Assembly (NCBI GenBank): GCA_038128265.1
Contig: JAYPJE010000031.1
Span: 1 to 49,971, forward strand
Length of the DNA stretch: 49,971 nt
Reading direction: 5' to 3'
DNA from: Gemmatimonadota bacterium
GTDB taxonomy: Bacteria > Latescibacterota > UBA2968 > UBA8231
Shown piece by piece: positions 26,352 through 36,292 of the stretch. Below the pieces are notes generated by a model. That model made no database searches, was not told where the DNA came from, and worked only from the letters and a program-made list of their open reading frames with translations. Position numbers and translations under genes: made by a program. Numbering within the stretch: the first letter of the stretch is position 1; each line of letters starts with the position of its first letter.

Positions 26352-27551
26352 TTACTTCTGCAAGTGTCGATCGGCAAAATCTAGAAAGCAGCGCCAGTCG
26401 AAATCGGTCACGTCGTGCCCTCCCGAGCGCACGTGATAGCCGATGCGCCCCATACGCGCGGCGTCGAGTTCTGGCATGGTATCGATAGGCAACCCATCGT
26501 CGCACAGCAGGCGATACACCGGATCGGCGTGCAATGCGCTGAGAAATTCACCGCGCGGATCCGACCAGCGATCTTCAACGGCACTGGCGACGTATACGGG
26601 GCGCGGCGCGGCTAGGGCAATGAGCATGTGTTGATCGACAGGTAGCGTTTCTTCCCGGCCGTTGTAGCGACGAAAGTTATTGCAGAACCAGTGGGGAAAT
26701 GACGTGTTGATGCGTTCAACCGTTTCTCCGTAGCACCGCCGCGATAGCGCTGCACCGCCGCATCCGGATTCGTTGGAAATAACCAGCGCAAAGCGCTCGT
26801 CAAGCGCCCCGGCCCACAGCGCCGTCTTGCCAAGGCGCGAATGCCCCATAACGGCGACGCGTCGATCGTCGATCTGCTCGTCGAGCTGAAAGTAGTCGAG
26901 TGCGCGACTGAGTCCCCAAGCCCAAGCACCTATAGTGCCCCACTCCCCGTCCCTAGGCTGCGTTTGGCCGGCATCGTAGAACAGCGGATGAATACCGTTG
27001 GCATAGCCATCGTCGTAGTCTGGATCGAGGTCGCCGCAATAGGCCGTAGCCAAACCGTAGCCGCGTGCGAGTATCGCGTCGAGCGCCCAGCGCGAACTCA
27101 GCACACCGCGCGCCGCTTCGGTAGCCCGATGGTCGACCACGCCCTGACCCGTTTCGCGCATCCACTGAGTAGACAGGCGAATGGCCGGATCGGCGTGAAT
27201 GCTGTGGTTGCCAAAGAAGTTGAGCCCTAAAAAGGTCGGCACGGGGGCGCGCTGACCGGCGGGCAAAAAAACGAGCAGGTCCATCTGAGGCCCGTCGGCA
27301 CCAAAACGAAGAACTATCTGGCGACGCACGGCTCTTCCTTCGAGCGCATCGCCCTCTTCAAAGACGTCGACGTGCACGGTCGGCTGGGCGCTAGGAGTCA
27401 AGCCGAATACGTGTTCGGTGAACAGTTCGAGCAATTCGCCGCGTCGCTTGGCCCTCCAGGTCTGCGCATCACCGACCGGCGTGCCGTCCAAACAGACCAG
27501 TGGATCCGGCAGCCGATACGCCGGCACCTGTGATTCGTCGTAGTTTGTCAC
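26352..27551 (-). CDS. CE15-family (glucuronoyl esterase-like) carbohydrate esterase
   Basis: NYDESQVPAYRLPDPL, GAWAWGLSR, GHSRLGK, SGCGG, FPHWF, LPVDQH and GGHDVT; GTG start at 27551 behind an AAGGAG RBS. Confidence 0.88.
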   Translation of the reverse strand: MTNYDESQVPAYRLPDPLVCLDGTPVGDAQTWRAKRRGELLELFTEHVFGLTPSAQPTVHVDVFEEGDALEGRAVRRQIVLRFGADGPQMDLLVFLPAGQRAPVPTFLGLNFFGNHSIHADPAIRLSTQWMRETGQGVVDHRATEAARGVLSSRWALDAILARGYGLATAYCGDLDPDYDDGYANGIHPLFYDAGQTQPRDGEWGTIGAWAWGLSRALDYFQLDEQIDDRRVAVMGHSRLGKTALWAGALDERFALVISNESGCGGAALSRRCYGETVERINTSFPHWFCNNFRRYNGREETLPVDQHMLIALAAPRPVYVASAVEDRWSDPRGEFLSALHADPVYRLLCDDGLPIDTMPELDAARMGRIGYHVRSGGHDVTDFDWRCFLDFADRHLQK

Positions 27552-27798
27552 AAACGCACTCCTTTTCATTGCTGAAGGCAAGGAATATAGCCGTTGGAGC
27601 GCCGATGGGCGACTAGGTGCACTGACCGTTGGCCAATCCGCTAACCGCTGACTGCATGTCCGGTGGTCGTCCAGGATGCTTTTCCATACTTTACAGTGCC
27701 TCGTATACAGTTCGTCACGCGCAGGCAGATTGCCCAATCGACGACCCACGCTCCGCGGCGCACGTGCGCCAGCTCTCTCACTCGTACCGGCGTATCGC

Positions 27799-30225
27799 AT
27801 GGCGTTTTTCCAACTGGATGACATCTGTAAGTCCTACCCGGGCGCTGTTGCACTGAAAGGGGTTAGCCTCGCCCTAGAGCGCGGACAAATTGTTGCGCTT
27901 ATTGGAGAGAATGGCGCTGGAAAGTCGACTCTCATCGAAATTATTGCCGGCGTAACAGCTCCCGACAGCGGCCGCGTATACCTGAACGGCGCCGCGGTGC
28001 AAATCGCCAGCCCAGAAGCCGCGCGTGCAGCGGGTATTGGCGTAGTGCACCAACACAGCCACCTGCTACCGGATTTGAGCATTGCCGAAAATCGTGCACT
28101 GCGCTGCGGATATCCGCGCACTCGCTGGGGCGCGATAGACTGGCGCACAACAGAGGATGAGGCGCGCGTGGCTTCAGGCCTGTTAGCCCCATCTGTAGAT
28201 ATCCTCCGGCGCGCAGGCGCGCTCAATGCCGTAGAAAGACAGCTTGTTGAGCTGTCGCTGACTCTAGCGCAAACGCCTCAGCTTCTCGTACTCGACGAAC
28301 CAACCGCCGCCCTGCCGCAGCGCCAAACGGAAGCGCTCTTTGCACAGGTGCGCGCCTATGCAGATGCGGGCGGAACGGTGCTCTTTGTCAGCCATCGTCT
28401 GGAAGAAGTCTCCGCCCTTTCACAGCGGGTCATTGTGCTGCGCGATGGCGCACTCGTCTGGCAGGGACGCACGCTCGAAACAGATCGCGCCGCGCTGGTT
28501 GCAGCCATGGTCGGGCGCCCGGTCAATCCATCCAAGCGCCCAGCGCGCCAAGCTAATAGCGAGCGCACCGTCTTGCAGGCAAACGCGCTACGCGCTTCTG
28601 ACAGCGCGTTCCACGGCCTAGACCTGGCGCTGCACGCGGGCGAACTGTACGGCCTTTACGGCCTAGTCGGCTCCGGACAAAATGCACTGTGCCAGGCCCT
28701 TGCCGGTCTCCTACCAGCATACGGCAGCATCGACCTCGATGGGTGCGAGCTAGCGCCCCTCTCTCCCGAGCAGCGCGCGGCCGCTGGGCTGGCATACGTT
28801 CCTGGTGACCGACGGGCACAGGGTATGCTGTATGCGCTGAATGTTGGAGAAAACATCGCGCTGGGTTCGGAGGGTAGCGGATGGATCCACCGGCGCGAAG
28901 AGGCGCAGCGCGTGGCCCGTATCATGGATCAGCTGCAGGTGCGCGCGCACAGCACAGCGCAGCCCGTGGGCCAGCTATCAGGGGGAAACCAGCAAAAAGT
29001 GCTGCTGGGACGCGGGCTGCTGCGCACTCCGCACGTGCTCATTGCAGAGGAGCCGACGCAGGGAGTCGACGTCGGTGCTAAGGCGGAAATCCACGCGCAG
29101 CTGCGCACCCTGGCCGAGCGTGGAACGGCTGTCCTATTCGTTAGTTCCGATATAGAAGAGGTGCTCTCATTAGCCGATCGCGTCGGCGTTATGCGCGAAG
29201 GAGCGTTGGTTGATGAATGGCCTGCGGCCGACGCGCAGCGCGAAAAAATAATCGATCGAGCGCTGCCGCGCTCCAATCGCGCACGCGAAACGCCACGTCA
29301 CCAGACGGCTATAGAGCCACGGCGCCTCACCGCGCTATTTCTGCTCAACGCGCTCTTGGCCGCAACGAGTGCAGCGCTGGCACCCGACGCATTGCAAAAT
29401 GCGCTGGACGTCGCTCTCAACAACGCCGTGCTGCTCATCGGTGCGCTGGCCGTTGGCTGCGTTATCATGGCCGGATCCATCGATATATCCATCGGCTCGC
29501 TGCTCGGCCTGAGTGCCGTCCTAGCGGGCCTGAGCGACACGGCCGAACTTCCCATTGCATGCACGGCCGCTGTCGCCCTAGCGGCCGGCGCGCTGGGCGG
29601 CTGGCTCAATGGATGGATGGCCGTCCGCAGCAAAGTACACGCTATCGTCATCACGCTGGGAACGATGGCAATCTACCGCGGACTAATCGTCGAATGGAGC
29701 GACGGGCGATGGATCCTAGGCCTATCAGACGGACTGCGCGACGTTGCACACGGTTCGTTACTCGGCGCTCCCTTCCTGCTGTGGGCGGCTATTGGAGCCT
29801 GGATAGGAGTGGCCATTCTGCTGCGTTTTAGTCGATTCGGTCGCCTCATATACGCCTTGGGCAGCGACCAACAGGCCGCTCGCTACGTCGGTGTCGCAAG
29901 CCACCAAATCCTCCCGTGGACCTTTGCCCTATGCGGCTTGCTCATCGGTGCGGCCGGGCTACTGCAGGCGGCTCGCTACGGTCAGGTGCAGACCAATGCG
30001 GGCCTCGGTTTTGAACTCAAGGCCATTGCCGCTGCCGTTATCGGTGGGGTCCACATCGCCGGCGGGCGCGGCAGTGCGCTGGGCATAGCGCTTGGCACGC
30101 TGCTCATTGGCCAACTAGCCAATGCGCTCGTCTTGCTACACGTTCCGGCCTATTGGGAAGGCCTTTTTCTCGGCGCGGTCATTCTCTCAACGCTGGTGTT
30201 AGAGCGAGGCAAGGACTCACAGTGA
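27799..30225 (+). CDS. Monosaccharide ABC transporter: tandem-NBD ATPase fused to a permease
   Basis: GENGAGKS, LDEPT, SHRLEE, LSGGNQQKV and EEPTQGVDVGAK; then in the same frame IDISIGS, ITLGTM, GRLIYALG and ELKAIAAAVIGG. Confidence 0.88.
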   Translation: MAFFQLDDICKSYPGAVALKGVSLALERGQIVALIGENGAGKSTLIEIIAGVTAPDSGRVYLNGAAVQIASPEAARAAGIGVVHQHSHLLPDLSIAENRALRCGYPRTRWGAIDWRTTEDEARVASGLLAPSVDILRRAGALNAVERQLVELSLTLAQTPQLLVLDEPTAALPQRQTEALFAQVRAYADAGGTVLFVSHRLEEVSALSQRVIVLRDGALVWQGRTLETDRAALVAAMVGRPVNPSKRPARQANSERTVLQANALRASDSAFHGLDLALHAGELYGLYGLVGSGQNALCQALAGLLPAYGSIDLDGCELAPLSPEQRAAAGLAYVPGDRRAQGMLYALNVGENIALGSEGSGWIHRREEAQRVARIMDQLQVRAHSTAQPVGQLSGGNQQKVLLGRGLLRTPHVLIAEEPTQGVDVGAKAEIHAQLRTLAERGTAVLFVSSDIEEVLSLADRVGVMREGALVDEWPAADAQREKIIDRALPRSNRARETPRHQTAIEPRRLTALFLLNALLAATSAALAPDALQNALDVALNNAVLLIGALAVGCVIMAGSIDISIGSLLGLSAVLAGLSDTAELPIACTAAVALAAGALGGWLNGWMAVRSKVHAIVITLGTMAIYRGLIVEWSDGRWILGLSDGLRDVAHGSLLGAPFLLWAAIGAWIGVAILLRFSRFGRLIYALGSDQQAARYVGVASHQILPWTFALCGLLIGAAGLLQAARYGQVQTNAGLGFELKAIAAAVIGGVHIAGGRGSALGIALGTLLIGQLANALVLLHVPAYWEGLFLGAVILSTLVLERGKDSQ

Positions 30226-31145
30226 AGCGAGAATTGGGTCTTTTGCTGGCGCTAATCCTCCTCTTGGCCGTAATGGGCACTCTCTCCCCATACTTTCTGC
30301 GCGCGGGCAATTTACTTGGCCTGACGCGCCATCTGGCCGAGGTTGGCATCATCGCCTGTGCTATGACGCTCGTCATCGCCACGGGCGGCATCGACCTCTC
30401 GGTGGGATCCCTGCTGGGTTTATCGGGCATCGCCCTGGGCTATGCTAGCCAAGCTTGGGGACTGCCTGCGGGTATCTGCACAGCCCTGGCTGTAGGGCTA
30501 TTGGGCGGGGCGCTCAACGGCGTGTTCGTCGCGCGTTACCACCTGCCGCCGCTGGTTGTAACGCTGGCGACTATGGCCCTTTTCCGCGGGTCAGCCATGA
30601 CCATCAGCCAGGCCCGACCGGTTTCGGACTTTCCGGATGCTTTTGCCGCACTTGGCCAAGGCGAACTGGCCTGGCTACCGACGCAGCTGTGGATCTGGAT
30701 GGCCGTCTATGGAACCTGCTGGATGGTGCTGCAGCGCATGGGTATTGGGCGTTACCTGCTGGCCATTGGCGACAGCATTCGCGCGGCGCGCGCTGCCGCG
30801 CTGCCGGTTGCCCACCTGCTGCTGGGGACCTATGCGATGACGGGGCTACTGTGCGCCCTAGCCGGTATCGTCTACACATCGCGCGTATCGACGGCCCGCG
30901 CCGACGCCGGCGTCGGACTCGAGCTAGAGGCCATTACCGCTGTAGTATTGGGCGGCACGCACATTACGGGTGGGCGCGCCAGCCTGTCGGGCACGCTGCT
31001 CGGCGTGCTGCTGCTCGGATCCGTGCGCAATGGTCTTAGCCTGGCCGGGGTGTCGTCCGTCTGGCAGACCATACTCGCCGGCGCCATTCTCATAGCCACA
31101 GCCGCGCTCAACCGGCGCTTGACAGACCGAGACACAGCCCGTTGA
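30222..31145 (+). CDS. Sugar ABC transporter permease (RbsC/RhaQ/LsrD-like)
   Basis: GGIDLSVGS, VTLATM and ELEAITAVVLGG motifs; GTGA overlap with the upstream stop. Confidence 0.9.
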   Translation: MKRELGLLLALILLLAVMGTLSPYFLRAGNLLGLTRHLAEVGIIACAMTLVIATGGIDLSVGSLLGLSGIALGYASQAWGLPAGICTALAVGLLGGALNGVFVARYHLPPLVVTLATMALFRGSAMTISQARPVSDFPDAFAALGQGELAWLPTQLWIWMAVYGTCWMVLQRMGIGRYLLAIGDSIRAARAAALPVAHLLLGTYAMTGLLCALAGIVYTSRVSTARADAGVGLELEAITAVVLGGTHITGGRASLSGTLLGVLLLGSVRNGLSLAGVSSVWQTILAGAILIATAALNRRLTDRDTAR

Positions 31146-31179
31146 CTTTGCCCACTCGCAAAAGGCAGGAGGCATAGCG

Positions 31180-32151
31180 TTGTTGAAATGGATCCTATGT
31201 GGGGCATTGGCGCTCTTGTGTAGCTGCGCCGCCCAGGAACGCGATGCGCAAACGCTGCGCATTGGCATGATGCCCAAACTAGTCGGCATCGACTACTTCA
31301 ATGCCTGTGAACAGGGCGCGCGCAGCGCCGCAGACGAGCTCGGCGTCGAGCTGGTATTTGACGGCCCGTTAAACAACGACGTTGGCAAGCAGGCCGAAAT
31401 GCTGGACACCTGGATGGCCCTGGGCCTCGATGCCATTGCCGTTGCACCCAACGATCCACAGGCGCTAGCACCCACGCTCAAGCGGGCAATGCAGCAGGGC
31501 ATCAAAGTGTTGACATGGGATGCCGACTCGGCTGGTGAGAGCCGCCACTACTTTGTCAACCAGGCCACCTATAGTGATATCGGCAGCGGTCTTGTAGATA
31601 TCATGGCCGAACAACTAGGCGGCGAAGGCGACGTGGCCATCGTTACCGGATCGCTGACGGCGGCCAACCAAAACATCTGGATGGAGTGGATGAACAAGCG
31701 CATTGCAGCGGCGGCTCCTGGCCTCAATATCGTCGCCGTGCGCCCATCCGAAGAAGACCAGCAGCTGGCCTACCAAGTTTCGCAGGACCTGCTCAAGGCC
31801 CATCCCAATATCCGCGGGTTATGGGGCATCACCTCGGTCGCCTTTCCCGGTGCGGCGGCCGCCGTGCGCGATGCGGGCAGAGGAGGTGAAGTGGCGGTCG
31901 TGGGCTTGGCCACGCCCAACGGCATGAAGGAATACGTGCACGACGGCACTGTCAAAACGGTGCTGCTGTGGAATCCCGTCGACCTAGGTTACCTAACGGT
32001 GCGCGCTGCAGTGACGGCCGTGCGCGACGGCGCGCTAGGCGAAACGCTGGATGCCGGACGGTTGGGCAACGTGCGCGTTCTCGGTGATCAGGTGCTCTTA
32101 GGAGCCCCCATGCGCTTTGACCGCGACAATATCGACCAGTTTGACTTTTAA
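31180..32151 (+). CDS. Sugar ABC transporter substrate-binding lipoprotein (RhaS/LsrB-like)
   Basis: Cys-containing signal (LLCSC); MPKLVGIDYF, VAPND, LTWDAD, NQN.W and LWNPVDLGY; ends IDQFDF. Confidence 0.88.
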   Translation: MLKWILCGALALLCSCAAQERDAQTLRIGMMPKLVGIDYFNACEQGARSAADELGVELVFDGPLNNDVGKQAEMLDTWMALGLDAIAVAPNDPQALAPTLKRAMQQGIKVLTWDADSAGESRHYFVNQATYSDIGSGLVDIMAEQLGGEGDVAIVTGSLTAANQNIWMEWMNKRIAAAAPGLNIVAVRPSEEDQQLAYQVSQDLLKAHPNIRGLWGITSVAFPGAAAAVRDAGRGGEVAVVGLATPNGMKEYVHDGTVKTVLLWNPVDLGYLTVRAAVTAVRDGALGETLDAGRLGNVRVLGDQVLLGAPMRFDRDNIDQFDF

Positions 32152-32199
32152 TAGGTCGGGAAGCGTTGATTTTTTCCGCCAACCACATCCACGTCGCCC

Positions 32200-32847
32200 G
32201 TGAACTCACAGCGCATCGCAGAGCCTAGCTTGCCTCCCCTGCGCTTGGGTTTTTTGGCCTCGCACGGCGGCTCAAATGCCCAGGCCATTTTTGACGCCTG
32301 TCGGAAAGGGGCGCTGCACGGCGAGGCCCGCGTGCTCATCAGTAACAATTCGCGCGCTGGCGTGCGCGATCGCGCAGAGCGCGCCGGCGTGCCGTTCTAC
32401 CATCTGAGTAGCACTACGCACCCGATTCCGGCCGAACTCGATGCGGCGATACTCCAAGCACTGCGGTGCCATGGCGTAGAAGTTGTATGCCTGACGGGGT
32501 ATATGAAAAAATTGGGCGCGCAAATGCTGGCGGCCTATCGCGGGCGCATCCTCAATATCCATCCGTCGCTGCTGCCCAAATTTGGCGGACGCGGCATGTA
32601 CGGAATCCGCGTGCACGAAGCGGTGTTGGCCGCTGGTGAAGCGGAGAGCGGTGCTACCGTGCACCTAATTAGCGACGAATATGACCGGGGCTCCATACTG
32701 GCGCAGGAGCGCATTGCCGTATGTGCCGGCGATTCTGCCGAGGCGCTACAGGCGCGCGTTCTGGCAGTCGAACACCGCATCTACACCGAAACGCTGCAGC
32801 GCATAGCCGCGGGTTCGCTCGCCCTCGAAGGACTTACCAGGCGGTAG
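32200..32847 (+). CDS. purN: Phosphoribosylglycinamide formyltransferase
   Basis: FLASHGGSNAQA, LTGYMKKL, NIHPSLLPKFGG.GMYG..VH, SGATVH and YDRG; start uncertain. Confidence 0.93.
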   Translation: MNSQRIAEPSLPPLRLGFLASHGGSNAQAIFDACRKGALHGEARVLISNNSRAGVRDRAERAGVPFYHLSSTTHPIPAELDAAILQALRCHGVEVVCLTGYMKKLGAQMLAAYRGRILNIHPSLLPKFGGRGMYGIRVHEAVLAAGEAESGATVHLISDEYDRGSILAQERIAVCAGDSAEALQARVLAVEHRIYTETLQRIAAGSLALEGLTRR

Positions 32848-32998
32848 AAAGCGCTGTCTGCTTCTACATGTTTTTTGCTACTCTTTTCGCCATGATTTGT
32901 TAGTTTGTTTTAATGAGTAGAACAATTTTAAGTCGGCGATTTCATATGCATGAACACTGCTGCCAAAAGGATAGCGAACCCATGAACGGTACCACGCG

Positions 32999-34021
32999 AT
33001 GATTCACCTGCCCGTTTTCTGCGTCGTTGCGTTGCTCATGGCCAGCAGCGTCCAAGCCAGCGAACAAACGGTTGTCCTATTCGGCAACTTTAGAGGATCG
33101 CTCAACCTCATAGACGATCCGCGCTGCGGAGCGGCGTACTGTTCAGAGCAGGACGATCACAAAGGCATCAGCTTTCGCAATAACGCATCGGTTCTGGGCC
33201 TACGTGGCTCACACACGCACGGTAATAAGACGGCCTACTTCAAGTACATATTGCGCGCTCATAACGACGAAATCTTTGCCAGCGGCGCGCTCAGTACCAT
33301 CATCTACCAGGTTGGCGCAAAAGGCTTCTGGGGCGATGTGTCGCTCGGAGTGGGTTCTACGCCATACAAAGCTGCGGGCATGGCGCTCGATCCGTTCTGG
33401 GATACCTCAGCTTCAGCGCGCGGTTTTGACGGCCCGTCTGTCGGCTTTTCAGACCTGACTTGGGGCTTCACCAAAAACTTGATTCAGTGGAATAGCGCAC
33501 AGCTGTGGGAGTCGCTGGCCGTTTCCGCAGCGGTCGTAGTTGACGATAGCAACGCAAATGCACACGATATCAATATCGGCGCCCAGCAGCGCATCGGGGG
33601 GCTGGACTTCGGCCTGCAGTTTTTGCGCATGAGCAGCAGCCATCCAACGGCCAAAAGTCTCCGCGCTGGTCATGCCGTGCGCGCGTGGAGTCGCTGGCCT
33701 CTCTCTGATCCGCTCACAGTAGGTGCCTCGTTGGAACGCGTTGATTACGAGCGAGTTGAAGGGGGGGGCGACCCTCTGCAGCTGCACTATGCACTAAGCT
33801 TTACCTATAAGCACAACGACCATCGCTGGGCACTAGCTATCGGACGTTCATCCGCCGAAGAGCAGCCCTACCTGCACGGGTCGGGCGGGTCGATCGGATG
33901 GTTTCACCAGTTCATGCCCGGCGTAGAGTTATACGCGCTATCCAGCTATGTTAAACGCGCCAATGGAGAAGCGGCACGCCGCATATCCTCTTTGGGCGTG
34001 ACGTACAGCTACGCCGACTAA
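32999..34021 (+). CDS. Putative outer-membrane porin
   Basis: Signal peptide (..VQA), VVLFGNFR, NNASVLGLRGS, VGAKGFWG.VSLG and amphipathic beta-strand pattern. Confidence 0.65.
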   Translation: MIHLPVFCVVALLMASSVQASEQTVVLFGNFRGSLNLIDDPRCGAAYCSEQDDHKGISFRNNASVLGLRGSHTHGNKTAYFKYILRAHNDEIFASGALSTIIYQVGAKGFWGDVSLGVGSTPYKAAGMALDPFWDTSASARGFDGPSVGFSDLTWGFTKNLIQWNSAQLWESLAVSAAVVVDDSNANAHDINIGAQQRIGGLDFGLQFLRMSSSHPTAKSLRAGHAVRAWSRWPLSDPLTVGASLERVDYERVEGGGDPLQLHYALSFTYKHNDHRWALAIGRSSAEEQPYLHGSGGSIGWFHQFMPGVELYALSSYVKRANGEAARRISSLGVTYSYAD

Positions 34022-34063
34022 GTAACTCCGCTTACAATGGCCTCGCCAAGAGTTGAGCCGTAA

Positions 34064-36199
34064 ATGAGTGAATCTGCTGCCCGCTTAACCGGTCTCTACG
34101 ATCGGCTCTCAACCTACGTTCCCGTCGCGGTTCTGCTAGCTGGTGTCCTATTATCTTTCGCGCTAGCAAAAGACGACTACGACCGAATAAACAGCGACGC
34201 CAAAGCACTCACTAACGAACGGCTGTACAGGGCGAAGAGCCAGCTTGAACAAGCGCTCAACGAGCGGCTCAACGTGTCCTATGCACTAGAGGCATTCGTC
34301 AAAATAAACTCGCACGCCTCTCTGAACGATGCGGCACAATTCGTCTTTGTTAACGAAGAGGCCCTATTCAAGAGCAAGTTTCTACAGCACGCCGATGCGC
34401 TATCGGAGCGCACGCGCGGACTTATGTCTATACAGCTAGCGCCCCAGGCCGTCGTTACCTACCTGACCAACGAAGAGCGCAACAAGGCGGCCATCGGACA
34501 CGACTTACTGATGGATCCCAACCGGCGCGAACAGACGCTGCGCACCATCCAAGAGCACAAGCTCATTGTTGCAGGTCCCGTAACGCTCAAACAGGGCGGC
34601 GATGCATTCATAGCGCGCCTCGCGATCTTTACCGAGGCAAATGCCTTTGACCCCGCCGCATATATGCGTCAGCGCGGCCTATCGGAAAAACCCGACTGGC
34701 TGGACGAAATACCCAGCAATTTCTGGGGCTTGGCTACCGTACTAATCGATGTCAATGTCCTGTACGAAGAAGCGCAAATAGATACCCTAATAGAAAGCAC
34801 AATGTTCGCTCTGCGCGGGCGCCACGGTCTGGGCGAGAGCGGCGAGGTATTCTGGGGCAACGAAAGCGTGTTTGATCACCCTACGGCGGCGGTGCCGATC
34901 TTGTTGCCGGCCGGCGAGTGGATTATCGCCGCAGTGACCCCGTTTAGGTTGGACTGGTTGTCTTTTGTCAACTCGCTCTTGACACTATTCGTTGCGCTAT
35001 TGCTGTACAAACTGGTTGTCATCCAGCGACGACACATACAAATACAGGCCGCTTCCGAAATAAAGAGCGCCATTCTCGCCAATATAAGCCACGAGATGCG
35101 CACACCGGTAAACGGCATTGTCGGCATGAGCGAATTGCTGATGGCCGATTCCGCTGCGGCGGCCCAATCCGAACAGCTAGAGGCCATTCGGCACAGTGCG
35201 CTACACGTTGCTGACATGATCAACGACGTTGTTGATATGGCCGCTGTGGAAATCGGGCAACTGCAATTGAGCGCGGAAGCGTTTGAACTGGGCGCAGAGT
35301 TGCAATCGATCGGTTCCTATATGGCGCCGCATATTGCCTCCAGTGAAACGCAGCTCGTCTGCCCTGTAGGCCAAAGCGAACCGCTGCACGTGCTGGCCGA
35401 TCGCAGACGGCTGAGACAGGTACTCGTCAAGCTCATTGACAACGCCATTCGCTTTTCAAGTGCAAGCCGAATAGAAGTCGAATACAGTGCGTTACGCCGC
35501 ACATCGGACACCGCTCGCGTGCGCTTTTCCGTGCGCGATAACGGCATGGGCATTGAACGCGAAAAGCAGCAGTTTCTTTTGCAAGCCTTTACGAGAAATG
35601 ACATGTCCGGTACGGGCCAGCACGGCGGTTTAGGTGTTGGCCTCAGCATCAGCCAAGCTATCGTGGGAGCGATGGGTGGCACGCTAGAAATCAGCGGTGA
35701 CGAAAGGACTGGATCCACCTTCTTTTTTACGCTGGATTTACCCATCGAGGCAACGGCCGAACGCGTCGATGGGAGCGACTCAGCTCAGGCCATTCCAAAG
35801 GATATATCTACCTCGCTGCGCCTTGCACTTGTGGTGGACGACAATTCCGTAAACAACTTGGTCATGGCGGCTGCCATGCGATCGTTCGGCTTTGAAGTAG
35901 AAATGGCGACCAACGGCGCACAAGCGGTGGAAAAAGCAGAAAAAAGTACATACGAATTAATTCTAATGGACTGTCAGATGCCCGTTATGGATGGCTACGA
36001 AGCAACGAAGGCCATTCGCCAACAGCAGGCGAAAAATGACAACGGAAATCGCCCGCCCATCATTATCGCCTGCACGGCCAATGCGCTTGAAGAAAACCGC
36101 ACAAAGTGCCTGGAAGTGGGCATGAATGATTTCCTAGCCAAGCCCGTACAACGCGACGAGATCGCGCAGGTGCTCCGTCGGCACGGACTGCTGGCCTGA
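34064..36199 (+). CDS. Hybrid sensor histidine kinase (TM-CHASE-TM-HisKA-HATPase-REC)
   Basis: CHASE-like AIGHDLL..P.R, AGPVTLKQGG and FWGLATVLID; ANISHEMRTP H-box; DNGMGI; receiver ILMDCQMPVMDG, TANA, AKP. Confidence 0.9.
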   Translation: MSESAARLTGLYDRLSTYVPVAVLLAGVLLSFALAKDDYDRINSDAKALTNERLYRAKSQLEQALNERLNVSYALEAFVKINSHASLNDAAQFVFVNEEALFKSKFLQHADALSERTRGLMSIQLAPQAVVTYLTNEERNKAAIGHDLLMDPNRREQTLRTIQEHKLIVAGPVTLKQGGDAFIARLAIFTEANAFDPAAYMRQRGLSEKPDWLDEIPSNFWGLATVLIDVNVLYEEAQIDTLIESTMFALRGRHGLGESGEVFWGNESVFDHPTAAVPILLPAGEWIIAAVTPFRLDWLSFVNSLLTLFVALLLYKLVVIQRRHIQIQAASEIKSAILANISHEMRTPVNGIVGMSELLMADSAAAAQSEQLEAIRHSALHVADMINDVVDMAAVEIGQLQLSAEAFELGAELQSIGSYMAPHIASSETQLVCPVGQSEPLHVLADRRRLRQVLVKLIDNAIRFSSASRIEVEYSALRRTSDTARVRFSVRDNGMGIEREKQQFLLQAFTRNDMSGTGQHGGLGVGLSISQAIVGAMGGTLEISGDERTGSTFFFTLDLPIEATAERVDGSDSAQAIPKDISTSLRLALVVDDNSVNNLVMAAAMRSFGFEVEMATNGAQAVEKAEKSTYELILMDCQMPVMDGYEATKAIRQQQAKNDNGNRPPIIIACTANALEENRTKCLEVGMNDFLAKPVQRDEIAQVLRRHGLLA

Positions 36200-36292
36200 G
36201 CGATTCTTAGTGCCGGCGATTTTATACCATATATTTCAAATATGCAGCTGCGTGGTTGTTTCGTAGTTGTGCCGCTAAAATATCGCTAATAT

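Noticed and set aside
32934..32950. Sigma54 promoter upstream of the porin
   Set aside because: GG-to-GC spacing is 11 nt rather than the required 10
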